A stretch of 63,560 nucleotides of DNA, filler included, from Bipalium vagum (Eukaryota), in NCBI GenBank assembly GCA_037834085.1. It is 3 parts of 3 records of this genome, joined end to end, with 100 filler letters (N's around TTAATTAATTAA, not from the genome) between each part and the next. Parts side by side here need not be neighbours in the genome. Positions count along the whole stretch, not along the records: positions 21,588 to 42,956 come from JBBMKC010238443.1; positions 43,057 to 63,560 come from JBBMKC010251771.1; 1 more part is not named here. One strand, given 5' to 3'. Positions 38,875 to 51,407 of the stretch are shown one piece after another (the stretch's first letter is position 1; every line of letters starts with the position of its first letter). The notes below the pieces were generated by a model. It was not told the DNA's origin and did not search any database. It saw only the letters and a program-made list of their open reading frames with translations. The position numbers were made by a program, and so were the translations under genes.

Positions 38875-41800
38875 ATTATTTCCTGTTGGAAATATCGACA
38901 TTAATTGACCGCTCGTTACATTGTTTTCGGTCGAGGAGAATTTCTTAGGGATTTATTTTAATAATAATAATATTTATGACCTAACTGACCAAATTAGGAA
39001 TTTTTTTTTATTGTTCATCTTATTTTATGACGCGGACGAAATTTTAACGTGTTACCGTGTTTTGTTTACAGTTGAATTTTATTATTTATATTTTTATATA
39101 AAATTTGAAAGTCTCGTATGAAAAAGGGGTCGTCAAAGAATGTCGTTACGTTTATTATTTTCTCAAAAAATATTTCTCTACAATTTTTACAATTTTATTT
39201 TTTAGGCTTTTATCTATTCTTATTTATTGATTTAAACGGTTTTGTTATGAAAATTAAATCAATAATAAAATATTTATATTTAATAATTGGAAACATTTTT
39301 TCAATTTTAAAGTTGAGATTAAATGGTAAAAATTTTAAGGAAAAAATTTATTAATTAAAAAAAAATTTTCTTTCAGAAATAAAATCTATTTCCGAGAAAT
39401 TTTTAAAAATTAATTAATTAATTAATTAATTATGGAATTAAATTCTTTTATCAATAAATCTTAACTTTAAAGGACCCTCTCAAGAAGGGTTAAAAAAATA
39501 TTAAAAAATATGTTCCTCGTATGTAACAATTTTTGTCCTCTAATTAATTAATTTTTTATTGTTAATTAATTTTTTTTTATTTATTTATTATTTTTTTTAT
39601 TATTCACAGACGTTAAATATTAATTAAGTCTTATTTTATTATTTATTTATTATTAAAATAGACTCTTTTTCCTAACCTTCTTCCTCAATTCTACAACTTC
39701 TCACAAGACCTCACAATGGTCAAAAATGCAATGGGGACTGACTTTAAAAAATATCTTAAAGATAAATATTAAAAAGAAATAAAAATAAAAGATTTATGGG
39801 AACACAAAAGGGTTCTCCGTTTTGTAAGAAAAATATGTCAAAGCAGGTTTTAAATGAGATAAACAATAAACAAACGATACAATCCTGGTCAAGGGGTTCT
39901 TTATATGATCGTAAGGCCTTTTCTGAATGTGAAAATGTAAACCTTATGACAAGAAGATGGAGGGACTTATGTACAGTTAATGATAATAGAGATTTGAAAG
40001 AAGAATGGAAAGAAAATGTAGAACAATGGAGAAAGTCAGATACCTCGTTGAAGAATATAAAGAAGATTGTTTGAAGGTTGGACTCATTTACAAAGAGAAT
40101 GAATGATCAATCATAGTCGAAGAGGTTTCTCAGATTACATTGTTACCCTTTTATCGTCTACCTTTTATAGAATACATTTTCTTTTGAGTCCATATGAGAT
40201 CGCTTGATATTAAAAAACTGTTTAGTTTAGAGCCTTATAATTTTATGAAAGTCGTGTTCCATGGCATACCGAAAATTGAGTAAAATAACTGAAGAACGGG
40301 ATGAGCTTAACACTAAAGAAAGGGAGCTATTGGTAAGGTATAGCCAAGTAAGATCATATGACTGTTAGAAAGTAAGATCATGAAAAAACCAGGGGAGCTG
40401 AAAGATAGATGAAGGTCGTTTATTAGCTTCATTCATCAACTAGGTGGACCAGAAGAGACTGCAAATTTCTATCGTTAGCTCTTACAAAACTGGTTGGTTA
40501 TACTTTAAAAGGCCCTTCCTCAAATGAAGTAAGTTGGACCAAGCACTTAAAACCAAAATTTCTTAAAACCATACTCAGCGAAACTCAAATTAATTAATAC
40601 ATATTTATTGAAGATATGAACCCTTCTGTGTAAACACATTTTATTATAACTGATAAGAAGGAATAATGGTACTGAAGATCACTGGATACCAGTGTAGAAA
40701 ATATTTTGTACAGAGAGTTCTTATTTAAATCAATTAACTCAACTCAATATCCTTCTGGGTTGTTCTCAAGTGGTCAGAAAGTGATTTGAAACCTTTAATC
40801 ATTATAAGGTTTATGAAATTAATGAAGTCAATATAAAAATTTTACAAGAGTCCATAAAAGTCGGTTTGTTTTGATAACAATTAATTATTTATTTATTAAT
40901 AATTAATTTAATAATATAATAATATTAATTTATTAATTAATTATTCATTTATTTTTTATTTATTAGGAACCTTCGTTAAATCTTTGATTTTTTGAATACT
41001 TTATATTATTACCAGTCTTACCTTAACTCAATGTGACTTAAAGCAGGATACTCTTTTTTTTGTATGACTCTTTTTATCGCCTTTTCAGGACAAACTCCTT
41101 TAAATTTTTCAGCCACCTCTTCTAAGATTTTTGTATACTTATTGGACGGGTGAAAAGTCTTTAGCCTTTTGCAATAATGATATTATTATTATTATCTGAA
41201 AAAAATGTTTAATAAAATAGTCCATCCTTTACATTTTTTGATTAAAAATGACTCAAATTTGTCTTTCGTCGTCAAAATTATTCATTACTACAGAAAATTC
41301 ATTTTCGTTTGCATAGTTTTTCCTCTTCCTTTACAACTCAATGCTTTACTTGTTCTTCTTTTTCGCAAATATTCACCACTTCAATTAACTACAAATCATG
41401 TGGGTGACTAATTTATTTGGATTCCTATTTGTGATATCATAAAAATAAAATATAAACATTATTCCCCATATACATATGTATTAATGAATCTTATTATGTA
41501 ATGTCACAAATTAATCTATTAAAATGTGTAACATACGCTTTTTGTCTTTCAATAGATTTTTTCCCTAGATTTAATTTTAGTGTGAATTTTTTTAAGGTAA
41601 CCAAGACCACCGTCAGCCAATTGGTGACGTTTACCAATGGATTAACTATAATTCCTACTGCTCCTATTTACTATCTAGCGAGACAACAACTATTGAAGCG
41701 GTTTAGAAAATTTTATTATTATAAAACTTTATTATTTATTTATTTTACTTAATTTTTTATTTTATTTTCTTTACCTGTTTCATTTATTTATTTTATATTT

Positions 41801-41971
41801 ATTTATTCCATTTATGCATGTTATCTTTTTTTATTTTATTTATAATTTCTTATTTGTTTATTTTATTAATTTTTAAAAATGCATAATGAAAGCCTGAAAA
41901 GGAAGAAGAAACGTTTATCATTTAATGTCTAAGTAAACGCTACGCTTAGTCTACAATCGGGTTCGCTTAGT

Positions 41972-42459
41972 TCAAATTATGAATCTACCGGTCAACTTGG
42001 TGCTCACCTTCCTCAGGGAGGAATACGGTTCCAGCACAGTCAGGTCTCTCGTATCATTGGCCACGTAATTGAAGTCCTTTTCAAAGTTTCTACACGTGTT
42101 CGGGTGCATTTTCTTGTGGATCAACTGCAATTCATATTTGTCTGCGTTTAGTTTAGTTTTCAGGGACGTTGTCCGATAAATTCTCTTTGTCAGATATATC
42201 GGGTAGTCTGATAGTTGAGTGACTGTCCTGAATGGCAAGGATTCAACTTCACAAATGTTATACATATGCGGCGTTTTCAGGCTCTTATCAAGATCGTCCA
42301 AGCTCGTGGCATATCGCAATTTATAATTCCGCTTGACGTCGACAAAAGTTACATCGGTGAAATTGGAATGGACTACGCTCATCGTTTCCGCGTCCGGTTT
42401 CGGTTCAATATAAGGTCTCCGACGAGTAACAAAGGAGTACGGAATATTTGGCTTGTGAC
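41972..42459 (-). CDS. terminal exon of an uncharacterised gene
   Basis: Acceptor tatttcag at 42460, then an open frame HKPNIPYSFVTRRRPYIEPKPDAETMSVV...TGRFII*; exon-like GC content. Upstream exons were not found before the gap. Confidence 0.65.
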
Positions 42460-42956
42460 CTGAAATAGTACATTTGAGCTATGAACAATTTTAAGTATTT
42501 TTTTTAAATTTTACTAAAGCATTTTAATTTTTTACATATATTTATTATTATTATTTTAATAACTATTATTAAAATTATTTAATAATCGTTATTATTATTG
42601 TGAGAATCTAAAAATATCTGAATAACATATTTAATTTTTTAATTTAATTTACAGTATTTTGAGCTAAAAGATTTTAATTATTTAATAAAAGTGTAAATTA
42701 GATTTTTAATAAAAACAAGGATAAATTTTAAAGCTCAATATATTCGAATTAAATGCGATAATCTTGTATGTGAAAAGTATTATAATTTCATTTGTTTTAA
42801 TAGTAAATTGAAAAAAACAGAAAATGGTTTGAATTAATAAATTGTTATGGAGAGTAACTATTTTTTAGCCACATCTAACAATTATTATTTCCAATTTTAT
42901 TATAGTTATAAAATTTTTATTTATTTATTATTTTCATATTCATTATTATTATATAT

Positions 42957-43056
42957 NNNNNNNNNNNNNNNNNNNNNNNNNNNNNNNNNNNNNNNNNNNN
43001 TTAATTAATTAANNNNNNNNNNNNNNNNNNNNNNNNNNNNNNNNNNNNNNNNNNNN
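42957..43056. other. assembly gap with artificial linker
   Basis: 44 N + TTAATTAATTAA + 44 N. Confidence 0.95.
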
Positions 43057-43287
43057 AAACTAATGAAAAGTTGGGTAACAAGTTCCAGTAGTGAGGATCA
43101 AAAGAATTTGGGCATCGTTTATCAATTTTTCAAACATTATGGAACAAATTCCACTGGTTTTGACAAAGTGAATCTCTTCAAAAGGAATAACACTGAATCA
43201 TTTTCTGAACGAGGCAAAGGCCATGACAAAAAAGGAAGCCACAAACATGGCAAAAAATCTAAAAAGGATGACGACGATGATGATTAG
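43057..43287 (+). CDS. C-terminal coding fragment with K/H/G-rich then poly-Asp tail; 5' end lost in gap
   Basis: Frame is open from the gap edge (KLMKSW...) to ...GKGHDKKGSHKHGKKSKKDDDDDD*; AATAAA downstream near 43404. Confidence 0.55.
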   Translation, partial: KLMKSWVTSSSSEDQKNLGIVYQFFKHYGTNSTGFDKVNLFKRNNTESFSERGKGHDKKGSHKHGKKSKKDDDDDD

Positions 43288-43899
43288 ATTTTTTAAATTT
43301 GATAATTAAATACACAAGGGTGCTAAATGTGTGATTTCTCAATCATTAAATGTGGTAATTATTAATAATATAATATAATTTCAGCATAAAAGAAAATATA
43401 ATTAATAAAAATACTTTTAATAGTTTGATATAATTATATATATTATTATATATAATATCAATTAGCTGCATTACTATATTTAGAACCATAAATGAATATA
43501 TCGGAAAATAATATTAAGAACATAAAATAGTGATTTTTTAGACCCCAGTTTAAAATGCTCCAGGTTTCCTAAAGCATATTTTTATATTGGACAACTTAAT
43601 TTGATGTTGTTGATTTTAAATTATATGAAATTAATACAAAAAAATATAAATTAATCCAACAATATTTTTCTTTATAAATAAAAACTTAATGACTTGTTCG
43701 TTTAAATATTTTTACACCAAATCGATTATTAAACAATGAATAGGAGTAAATAAAAAAAATCAAACACTGAATCGAAACACTTAGATAACGATTACTTTTT
43801 ATAAAATATTTTAAAATAAATCTGACAATAAGATTGGGGACAAATTAAATAATAATTGTTTATTGATATAGGTATATGTGAAATATTTAGTGAATTTTA

Positions 43900-44800
43900 A
43901 TTTTTTAAATTGAAACCTGACTACTTCATAAAATGGTGAAACTACACCTTGAAAAAAATCAAGCTGTTTGAAAGCCAAAATTCCTCAAGCCAGTTTCGTA
44001 TGGCATGCGCTGATTGAAAGTATATATCACACAAGGTATGCTCCATTGATATAAAAAATGATAATCACTTAGACCAATATCTAGTGTACGCCGGATGCTC
44101 CATGATATCTCAGCTAAGCTTCCTTATGGTTTCCTTTGTCTTTGAAGCTATATGTGACCTATTGTTCTCATGTAACAATATCACAGGTCGTTTTCCTTTT
44201 AGCGTTTTAACTCCAAATGTTGATTCAACCTGGTTAATTCGTCTTTCTAACTGTCTCACTGACTTCCAACAGCTCATAGTATCTCATGTCCATAATGTCC
44301 TACCAAATGGAGAGCATTATTTTTTTCCGAAACGATTTGACTTTGCGACCGATGCTGCTAGTCCTTCAGGATACACCCTTGACTTTTTACTTTTTGGGCT
44401 ATCATATTGAATCCAGTTCTCATCTCCCATTAAGATTTTACATAAGAACGTCTTGCGACGCTGTCTATTAAGAAGAGAAAGATATGTTGTCATCCTTTGA
44501 TTTTTATTTAATTGAGTAAGTTCATTTGGGATCCATTTTCCTTCTTTTTGGATCTTACTCATCTCATGTAGATTGGTATAAAATTGTTTGCTGAGTGACT
44601 CCCAATTGCTTTGTGTTTTCCGTCTGTTGAATTATCATAAAGTAACTGTTCTAAATCATCATTGATGCATTTTCTAGGAATACCAGGACGTAGTCGGTCT
44701 GAGGCTGAAATCACTGCTTTCAAAGCGTCTGAACCAAAATGCACACATACCGTACGACACGACATCTTTGTTAAGAAAAGAGAAAATAGATTTGCATGGT
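43900..44800 (-). mobile_element. mariner (Mos1-like DD34D) remnant
   Basis: GKWIPNELT, ILMGDENWIQY, KSNRFGKK, LLHENNRSH and EHPAYT motifs; frameshifted. Confidence 0.88.
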
Positions 44801-45479
44801 GATGTTGGACTTTTCATTGCTGAAATTCGTAAAGAACTCACTAGCGAAGATGTGTCCTTTTTGATATATCACAAAATTCATTATATTTTATCTGTTCCTA
44901 TGTTAGAAACCTGGACCGATTTTTTTGGACATTTCTTATTAATCTTCTTGAAAACGTGATGCAATATTATTAATTGATTTTAATATTAATTGCAGATTGA
45001 AATATTAAAACAAGTGTATTAATTATTTAAAATAATTACAAATTTGGATTATTTATTTTTACACATAATATATTTGGGAAATCAAAAGTAATTTTTTTAG
45101 GAAATCTAAAGAAAATTTTCAAAATTATTAATTGGAAATGTAAATGTGCAGATTTAATATAAAGGGTTTTCAAAAGACACTATCTATATTTCAAAAAGAT
45201 TTAACATTTTGAAAAACAAATTCTATTTTCAGAAAATGCTTCAAAAGTCACTATATATTTATACTTTATACAACGAAATAAATAGCACGAAAACAATTTC
45301 ATCCCAAAATTTTTATCCGAAAGGTAACCGAACCGTAAAACTTAAATAAAAATTAGATATAAAAACACAAAAAATTTAATAGGTATATTTGCTATTTAAA
45401 TTTTTCAAAATGTCCAACTTGAACTTCAACAATAAGTTTTCCGGTAAGTCTTTGTGCATAAAGTAAACATTTATTTAAC

Positions 45480-46100
45480 AAAGAATTTGAAAAAAAACGA
45501 CATTATTCTTCAAAATACGAACCATCATTTTCTATGACATCCGTCCATCTTTTTGCATGCAATTCAATTTGTTTTCGATACTATTCCTTCGATTTAGGAA
45601 CTCCTGTCATGCCGGTTCTACCTCGTTAAATGTATTGAACGGTCGACCATTTAAGAAAGTAAGCATGGAACGGAATATGCCGTAATCTGATGGTTCGATA
45701 TTCAGACTGTACACAGGATTCAGTAAATATTCTATTTCCAATAATTCCCTCAATTTTACTTAAGCTACAAGAGAGCGGTGTGCAGGAGCCTTATCATGCT
45801 GTTAAAGTAAACGCCTTCTATTCACTAAATCTGGTTAACAATTACTCAAAACAGTGTGTCCTCGATCAATTTGCTCAGCATAAAGACGACCCTCTCCGGG
45901 TCTGCCGCTTGTAACAAGTTCAAGATGCATGATACCTTCGAATTTTCACGAAACACACAACATTCCCTTGTGTCTGAAACTATCCTGTGGTACCTCAGGT
46001 AAAGGCTGTTTCTTGTGAAAACCATTGTCGTCGGTTACAAAGATTACACAGAAATATCCATTTTTCATAGTATGTGACAATTCTTTTCCAAAATGAGTAG
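45480..46100 (-). mobile_element. mariner remnant
   Basis: Minus-strand VTDD, SNHQITAYSVPCLLS*MVDRS (degenerate APSDYxLF...GRxF) and DGSYFEE* C-terminus. Confidence 0.7.
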
Positions 46101-46914
46101 TGGCTAAAAAAACATAAAATGACTTAAAGATTATTACATTATTCGTTTTTAATATTTAATTTTTATTTTGGTTTGCAGTTCGGTTTCTTTTGGGATCTTT
46201 ATAATTAATCAAAAATTAATTATTTTTATTTATTGTCTTAGTTCTAGATCCAATAATTGTTTTGGTAGTTACATTAAGGATAAAACAAATGAAATGCAAA
46301 CAAATAAAAAAATTCATGTAATTATAAATATTTGTCAAAATCGAATTATTAAGTCTTCAATTTTTCATTTTGGTCATAGTAAACGAAACTTTAATGTCCA
46401 TAGGTGAAATGTCAAATCAATTAAGACAGTTTTAAAAATTGAATTTTCTTAATTGAGGATGATTTTATAAATATTAAACATCATAGTTAGAATTATTGTA
46501 TTAATTTATAATTAATTATACTTATTATACCCTCCAGGTTTATTTTTTAAACATTTAATACTAACAGTAACACTTGAATAAGAAAATATGACAATGAAAA
46601 GCTTTTTACATGAAACAAGCTTTAACAAAATGTTTTATTTATTATATCCATTAAACGAACAAAGGTAGACTACTAAATCCGTAAGTTAATTTGTATGCGT
46701 TCATTATTATAATTTAAACAAAAGTAGTTAATATGAGATATTGTGTTTATTTAATTTTAAAATCACTTATTATTTGTTATTGGTGAAAACAGAAAAACAT
46801 TTAATGCAGTGTAAGAAAAGTCACATAATACTACGGAAATACGATTATAAGGTCTTTATTGATTTATTTTTCTTTTTTAAACAATTTAATGAACTTAATT
46901 GTGCGAACTTAATT

Positions 46915-48502
46915 AATGAAAGTGAAACAGTTAGTGCTTATGCCTCCAGAAACTTATCTACCCAGGAATTGGGATATTGTGTCACCAGAAAAGAGCTGTT
47001 ATCATTCTATGAATTTGTTCTCCATTTCAAGCAGTATCTATATGGAAAACAATTCATTGTGTGAACGGATCATAAAGCTTTGGTTTTTATGAACACCACG
47101 AAGAACCCAATTAGTCCTCAGTTTCAAACTTGGCTAGCCAATCTATCAGAGTTTAATTTTGAATTGAGGTACAGAAAAAGCCAAGATCATTGTAAAGTTG
47201 ATGGTCGATCCAGAATTTCCCATGTAGTATGCTCTTAATGCCAAACGAAGCATGAACAAGCCAAGCTTGAGAAGCCAAAAACAAAATACATCAGTGCCGT
47301 TCATAATATTACTCCTCAATTGGAAAGAATAAGAAGCGAACAGAAGACCGATAAACTGATATCTAGATTTATTCAATGTCTTTCAGAAGGGATAAGAGAA
47401 TACCCTGAAGAATTGAAGAATAACAGTTTTTATCATTTGAGAGATAGCTTGGATGTTATCGAGGACTTGCTGTACTTACCAAGAAGCGAACGAAATCTTC
47501 TCATTATCCCAGAAAGATATATTGATGAATTTGTGATGGAGATTCATGCCGATCTGTGTCATCTTGGTAGTAAGAAAATATTCAACTATCTGAAAGATCA
47601 TTACTATGGGCCATCGATGTGGAATTCAGTCCAACGATGTTTAAAAAACTTTGATGTTTGTGCCAAGAGAAAAATTGATCAAACACGCACTAAAGAAATC
47701 CTTATCCCGAGAAGAAGCTCACGTTTTTTAGAGCAGATCGTGATAGATGTAGCCTTTATGGAAAAGCAGCGGCACACTACAAATAAATAGTTGTCATTAT
47801 TGACCGTTTTAGCAAACTAGTGTGTCTATTCGCGATGTCCAAACTTGATGATCAATCAATCTTCAAGGCAATAATGAACCATTGGATTTATAGATTTGGC
47901 AAGCCAGTGAATATTTTAACAGATCGAGGAAAGAACTTTGAGAGTTCTTGGATTCAACAAAAATAGAGTCCTCAATATCGAGTGTGAATTCAGCTCATCT
48001 TACCAGCACCAGTCCAACGGTCTAGTCGAGCGAGCAATCCGGACGATTCGAGATATGATAACTACATCTCTAAAGAGCGGTTGTCAAGAAAAAGATTGGC
48101 ACGAATTGCTCCCAAGAATTGAGTTTAGCATCAATGCTACTCAGCAGAGCTCAACAAAGTTTTCTCCATTTGAGATTGTATTGACAATCAATCAATCAAT
48201 CTTCATTCTGGCAGCCGTGACCAAACCTATCCAGATAAAGTGATCATTAGAGAAGCTCGAAGAAACTTAGACATTGCAGTTGATAAATGAAGAACTTCGA
48301 AACGGATATTAGAGGTCGACGTGAGTTTTCAATTGGAGAAGAAGCTAAGGAAAGAGCGCAAAACAGAAAGAAGAATGATTTCCAATATGAAGGTCCATAC
48401 AAGATCACAAACTTCTTATCCCCACATCAAGTTGAACTGACAGGTCCAGAAGGAATCAAACTGAGGAGAATTGAATGGCTGAAGAAGTGGCATCAGTCTT
48501 AA
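46915..48502 (+). mobile_element. Ty3/Gypsy LTR retrotransposon pol remnant (RNase H, integrase)
   Basis: AYASRNLS..YCVTRKELL..HFKQYLYGKQFIV*TDHKAL (RNase H); HADLCHLG..C zinc-binding region; IVIDVAFM, IIDRFSK, ILTDRGKNF and HQSNGLVERAIR (DDE core); YEGPYKI (GPY/F). Multiple stops and frameshifts. Confidence 0.93.
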
Positions 48503-48519
48503 TTGAAGATGGAGTTACG

Positions 48520-48625
48520 TGTTACGTAATTATGTTTTGTTTGAATAAAGACTTTTTATAACGCTGACGTTTTTTCAATGTGTAGTGAAGAAGAACTGAC
48601 TACAATTTCACTGATCGAAGCAACA
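48520..48625 (+). repeat. candidate shortened 3' LTR
   Basis: Purine-rich gaagatggag after the integrase stop, then TGTTAC...AATAAA...GCAACA (TG...CA termini). No 5' LTR is visible to confirm. Confidence 0.35.
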
Positions 48626-49149
48626 ATGTTTAATTAAAAGAAGAACTCAATCTACACTATGAAGAGGTAGACGCTTTAAAGTGAAAAATAGCGAATCTAA
48701 AAACTAATTTGTTAGATCTTAAATGGTAGAAGCAAACACAAAAAGAAGAATCTGGAAATTGATTTAAATTGAATAAAAACAAACACGTGAAATAATATTC
48801 CCGTTCTGTAAAATTAATTAATTACTTTGGTGAATTTTATAATTCACTTACGCTATCTTTTATTTTCTTTAAGAGTTATAATAAACTCGGTAATTTTTAA
48901 AAACTTTTATTAAGTTCTAATAAACTAAAATTTAAAGTTTTTTAAACGGCAAAAAGTCTGATTTTTGTCTCTCTAATTATACTATTTTTAAACGTTTTTT
49001 TTATTTTGACGTCATTTTATTTTTACTACTCATGTCATTCTATTTTTATATTATTGGCGTTGTTGTCATTATATTTTACTTCATATTCTTATATTTTACG
49101 TTACATTGTTATATTTTATTTTTTTCAAGTCTTTTATTTATCTTTATTT

Positions 49150-49949
49150 ATTTATTTTCCATCCAGGGCTTCACTACTGTACTCAGAATCTGTACGTAAA
49201 CTTCCTTGGTGATAGTTTCAACCTTTTTCAAGAAGTTTGGGGGCATGACATCACCTTCACTACATATGACGCCTATTACCAGAACATTGGCTGGAAACTT
49301 TGTCCTTGGCACTATTGGGACATTTTCAATATCATGGGCAAGCCAACGATCTTGGAATCAATTGTAAAAATTTTCTAATCAGAGAAATACTTAAGACGAC
49401 TCGATGCTTCATTCTTCGATGATTTGAGTACTAAGTTGCACCGAACAACTCTTTTAGTTTTCGTAGCCTCAGACAGTATTTGTCGCATTTTTAGAATGTA
49501 TGAAGTATATCTTAGGTTTTCTTCATCTATCCAAAGTTGTAGTCAATTTTCGAAACGATGTCCCAGGATCTTCCATTATTAGCTGCTGAGCTCTTTGAAA
49601 TACTTCCGATGTGCTTATTTTTCCTTTATTTATCATATATTATTGTTTTAGGTGTACTAGAGGTTCCTTCAGACATCTCAGATTCCTATATCTTCGTGCG
49701 ACATCGTACACTGTCGATCGTGAAAACCCAAAGAAATTAATTATTTCAGCCGGCATTCTGCCAGCGCTAAGACTTTCAAGAATCGCGACTCTTCGATAAT
49801 ATTCCAAGCCTGATTTTTGTAAACATGCCATTTTGAAAATTGTGCGCAATTTACAGATAAATATAGCATGCTTAGACAAATGTGAACTTGTATAATTAAA
49901 ATCAAGCGTAAATATAAATTTCAATTAAATTTTGTCGGCACACCCTGTA
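49150..49949 (-). mobile_element. DD37D (maT)-like element 5' part
   Basis: ta|CAGGGTGTGCCGACAAAA terminus; RRVAILESLSAGRMPAEIINFFGFSRSTVYDVARRY HTH; downstream VVSEGDVMPPNFL. Confidence 0.78.
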
Positions 49950-50260
49950 TTATAATAATAATATAATAATAATAATATAAACTTAAGCTTAGTTTTAAGT
50001 TTCAGTTAAGTTAAGATCACAGGGATTTGAAAACAGCTCTGAATTAATATTTCTAATGAAAAGTGTTCGGAATTTAATAATTATAATATAATAATAATTA
50101 ATTTTTTTAACCTTTACAATAACACTTTTATCACATATATCACTTATTAAGTTAAACGCGTTTATTATTAATTAGAAAGTGATATAACCAATGACAAAAA
50201 TGAATTCTATAACTATAAAGCAGTACACCATTTTCTTAATTAAAATATTTTCGAATTTTT

Positions 50261-50629
50261 ATGAATTATATAAAATTTTCTATTTTATATTTCCTAATTT
50301 TTTATTTTGCGAATGCTGGGCTAATTTCAGACCTACTTGCATTACAGGAGGGTAACTGTAAAATTCCAATTATAAAAGGAGCAAGATTTTGTGATAGGAG
50401 CTTCAGATTTATAAAGAGCCCTAATAGTTTTGTACAAGGCAACAATTTACTTCGAATTGATAGCTTAGATATTGAAGAAGTCAAACCTAAATGTATACAA
50501 AACAAAAAATGTTACAGCATTGATATAGATAATAAATGTTCTTTTTTAAATGGATTTTCGAAAGTTTATAAAGAAGGGCCAGACACTGAAAACTTATATA
50601 TTTGGGGTTGCTGTGATGGTAATTTTTAA
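50261..50629 (+). CDS. small secreted cysteine-rich protein (possible divergent PAN/apple fold), 122 aa
   Basis: Signal peptide MNYIKFSILYFLIFYFANAG; 7 Cys including KC-x5-CYSIDI-x3-CSF; TATA-like ctataaag about 45 bp upstream. Confidence 0.65.
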   Translation: MNYIKFSILYFLIFYFANAGLISDLLALQEGNCKIPIIKGARFCDRSFRFIKSPNSFVQGNNLLRIDSLDIEEVKPKCIQNKKCYSIDIDNKCSFLNGFSKVYKEGPDTENLYIWGCCDGNF

Positions 50630-51407
50630 TTATTTTAATTATATATTTCCAGAATCCTTACTCAGTCAAAAATTAGCTTTCAGTTTTTATCAGTCTGAAT
50701 TTTTTTAAAAATTAAAAGAAAAAATTAATTAATTTTTTAAAAAAATTTCTATTTTGCTTTATAAGAATTAAAATTACTGAATATTCAAATACTTAAACAG
50801 TTTGTTTAAGTTTTTTAATATTCTTTTTATCTTTCAATTCTTGAATTATAATTATTTTTAATTTAATTTAAAATTATCATTTTAGATTCTGATTAATAAA
50901 AGAATTTATAGTAAATTTTTTGCGATTAAAATTTGATTTATGATATCTTTAATGTGACTATGGAATTATGTTTTAATTATTATTTGAATTAGGTTTCTAA
51001 ATATATTATTTAGATTTTGTTTCTTTTTATTTTGAATTTTTGAGTGTCCTCATAAACCATCAAATGATCTCAAAAAAGTTAAGCAGAGCCAATGCAGGAA
51101 CATTGGCAAGCTGAACCAATGCCAAATGAAGCAATGAAAATGGCAACTTGTTGGTGGACCTTGATTTCCCCACTTAAAAACAATAATTTATTTTATATGC
51201 GAAAGCTGTCTTCACTAAAAAGCCGGCAATCCTGTATTTTAGGTCCCTAACTTTAAAAAAATAATTTAATTTTTAAATTAGTATTTATTTTTAATTAGTA
51301 TTTTTTATTGTAAGCAGTATAATAAATTTTAAAATATAGCAGAAAATTTCGTTTGATTCATTTAAAATTAAATTTTAAACCTTATTTTAATTAATTAAGT
51401 ATTATTA

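Noticed and set aside
50619-50652. Intron extending the Cys-rich protein
   Set aside because: Only 34 nt, shorter than the host introns modelled here; left unmodelled.
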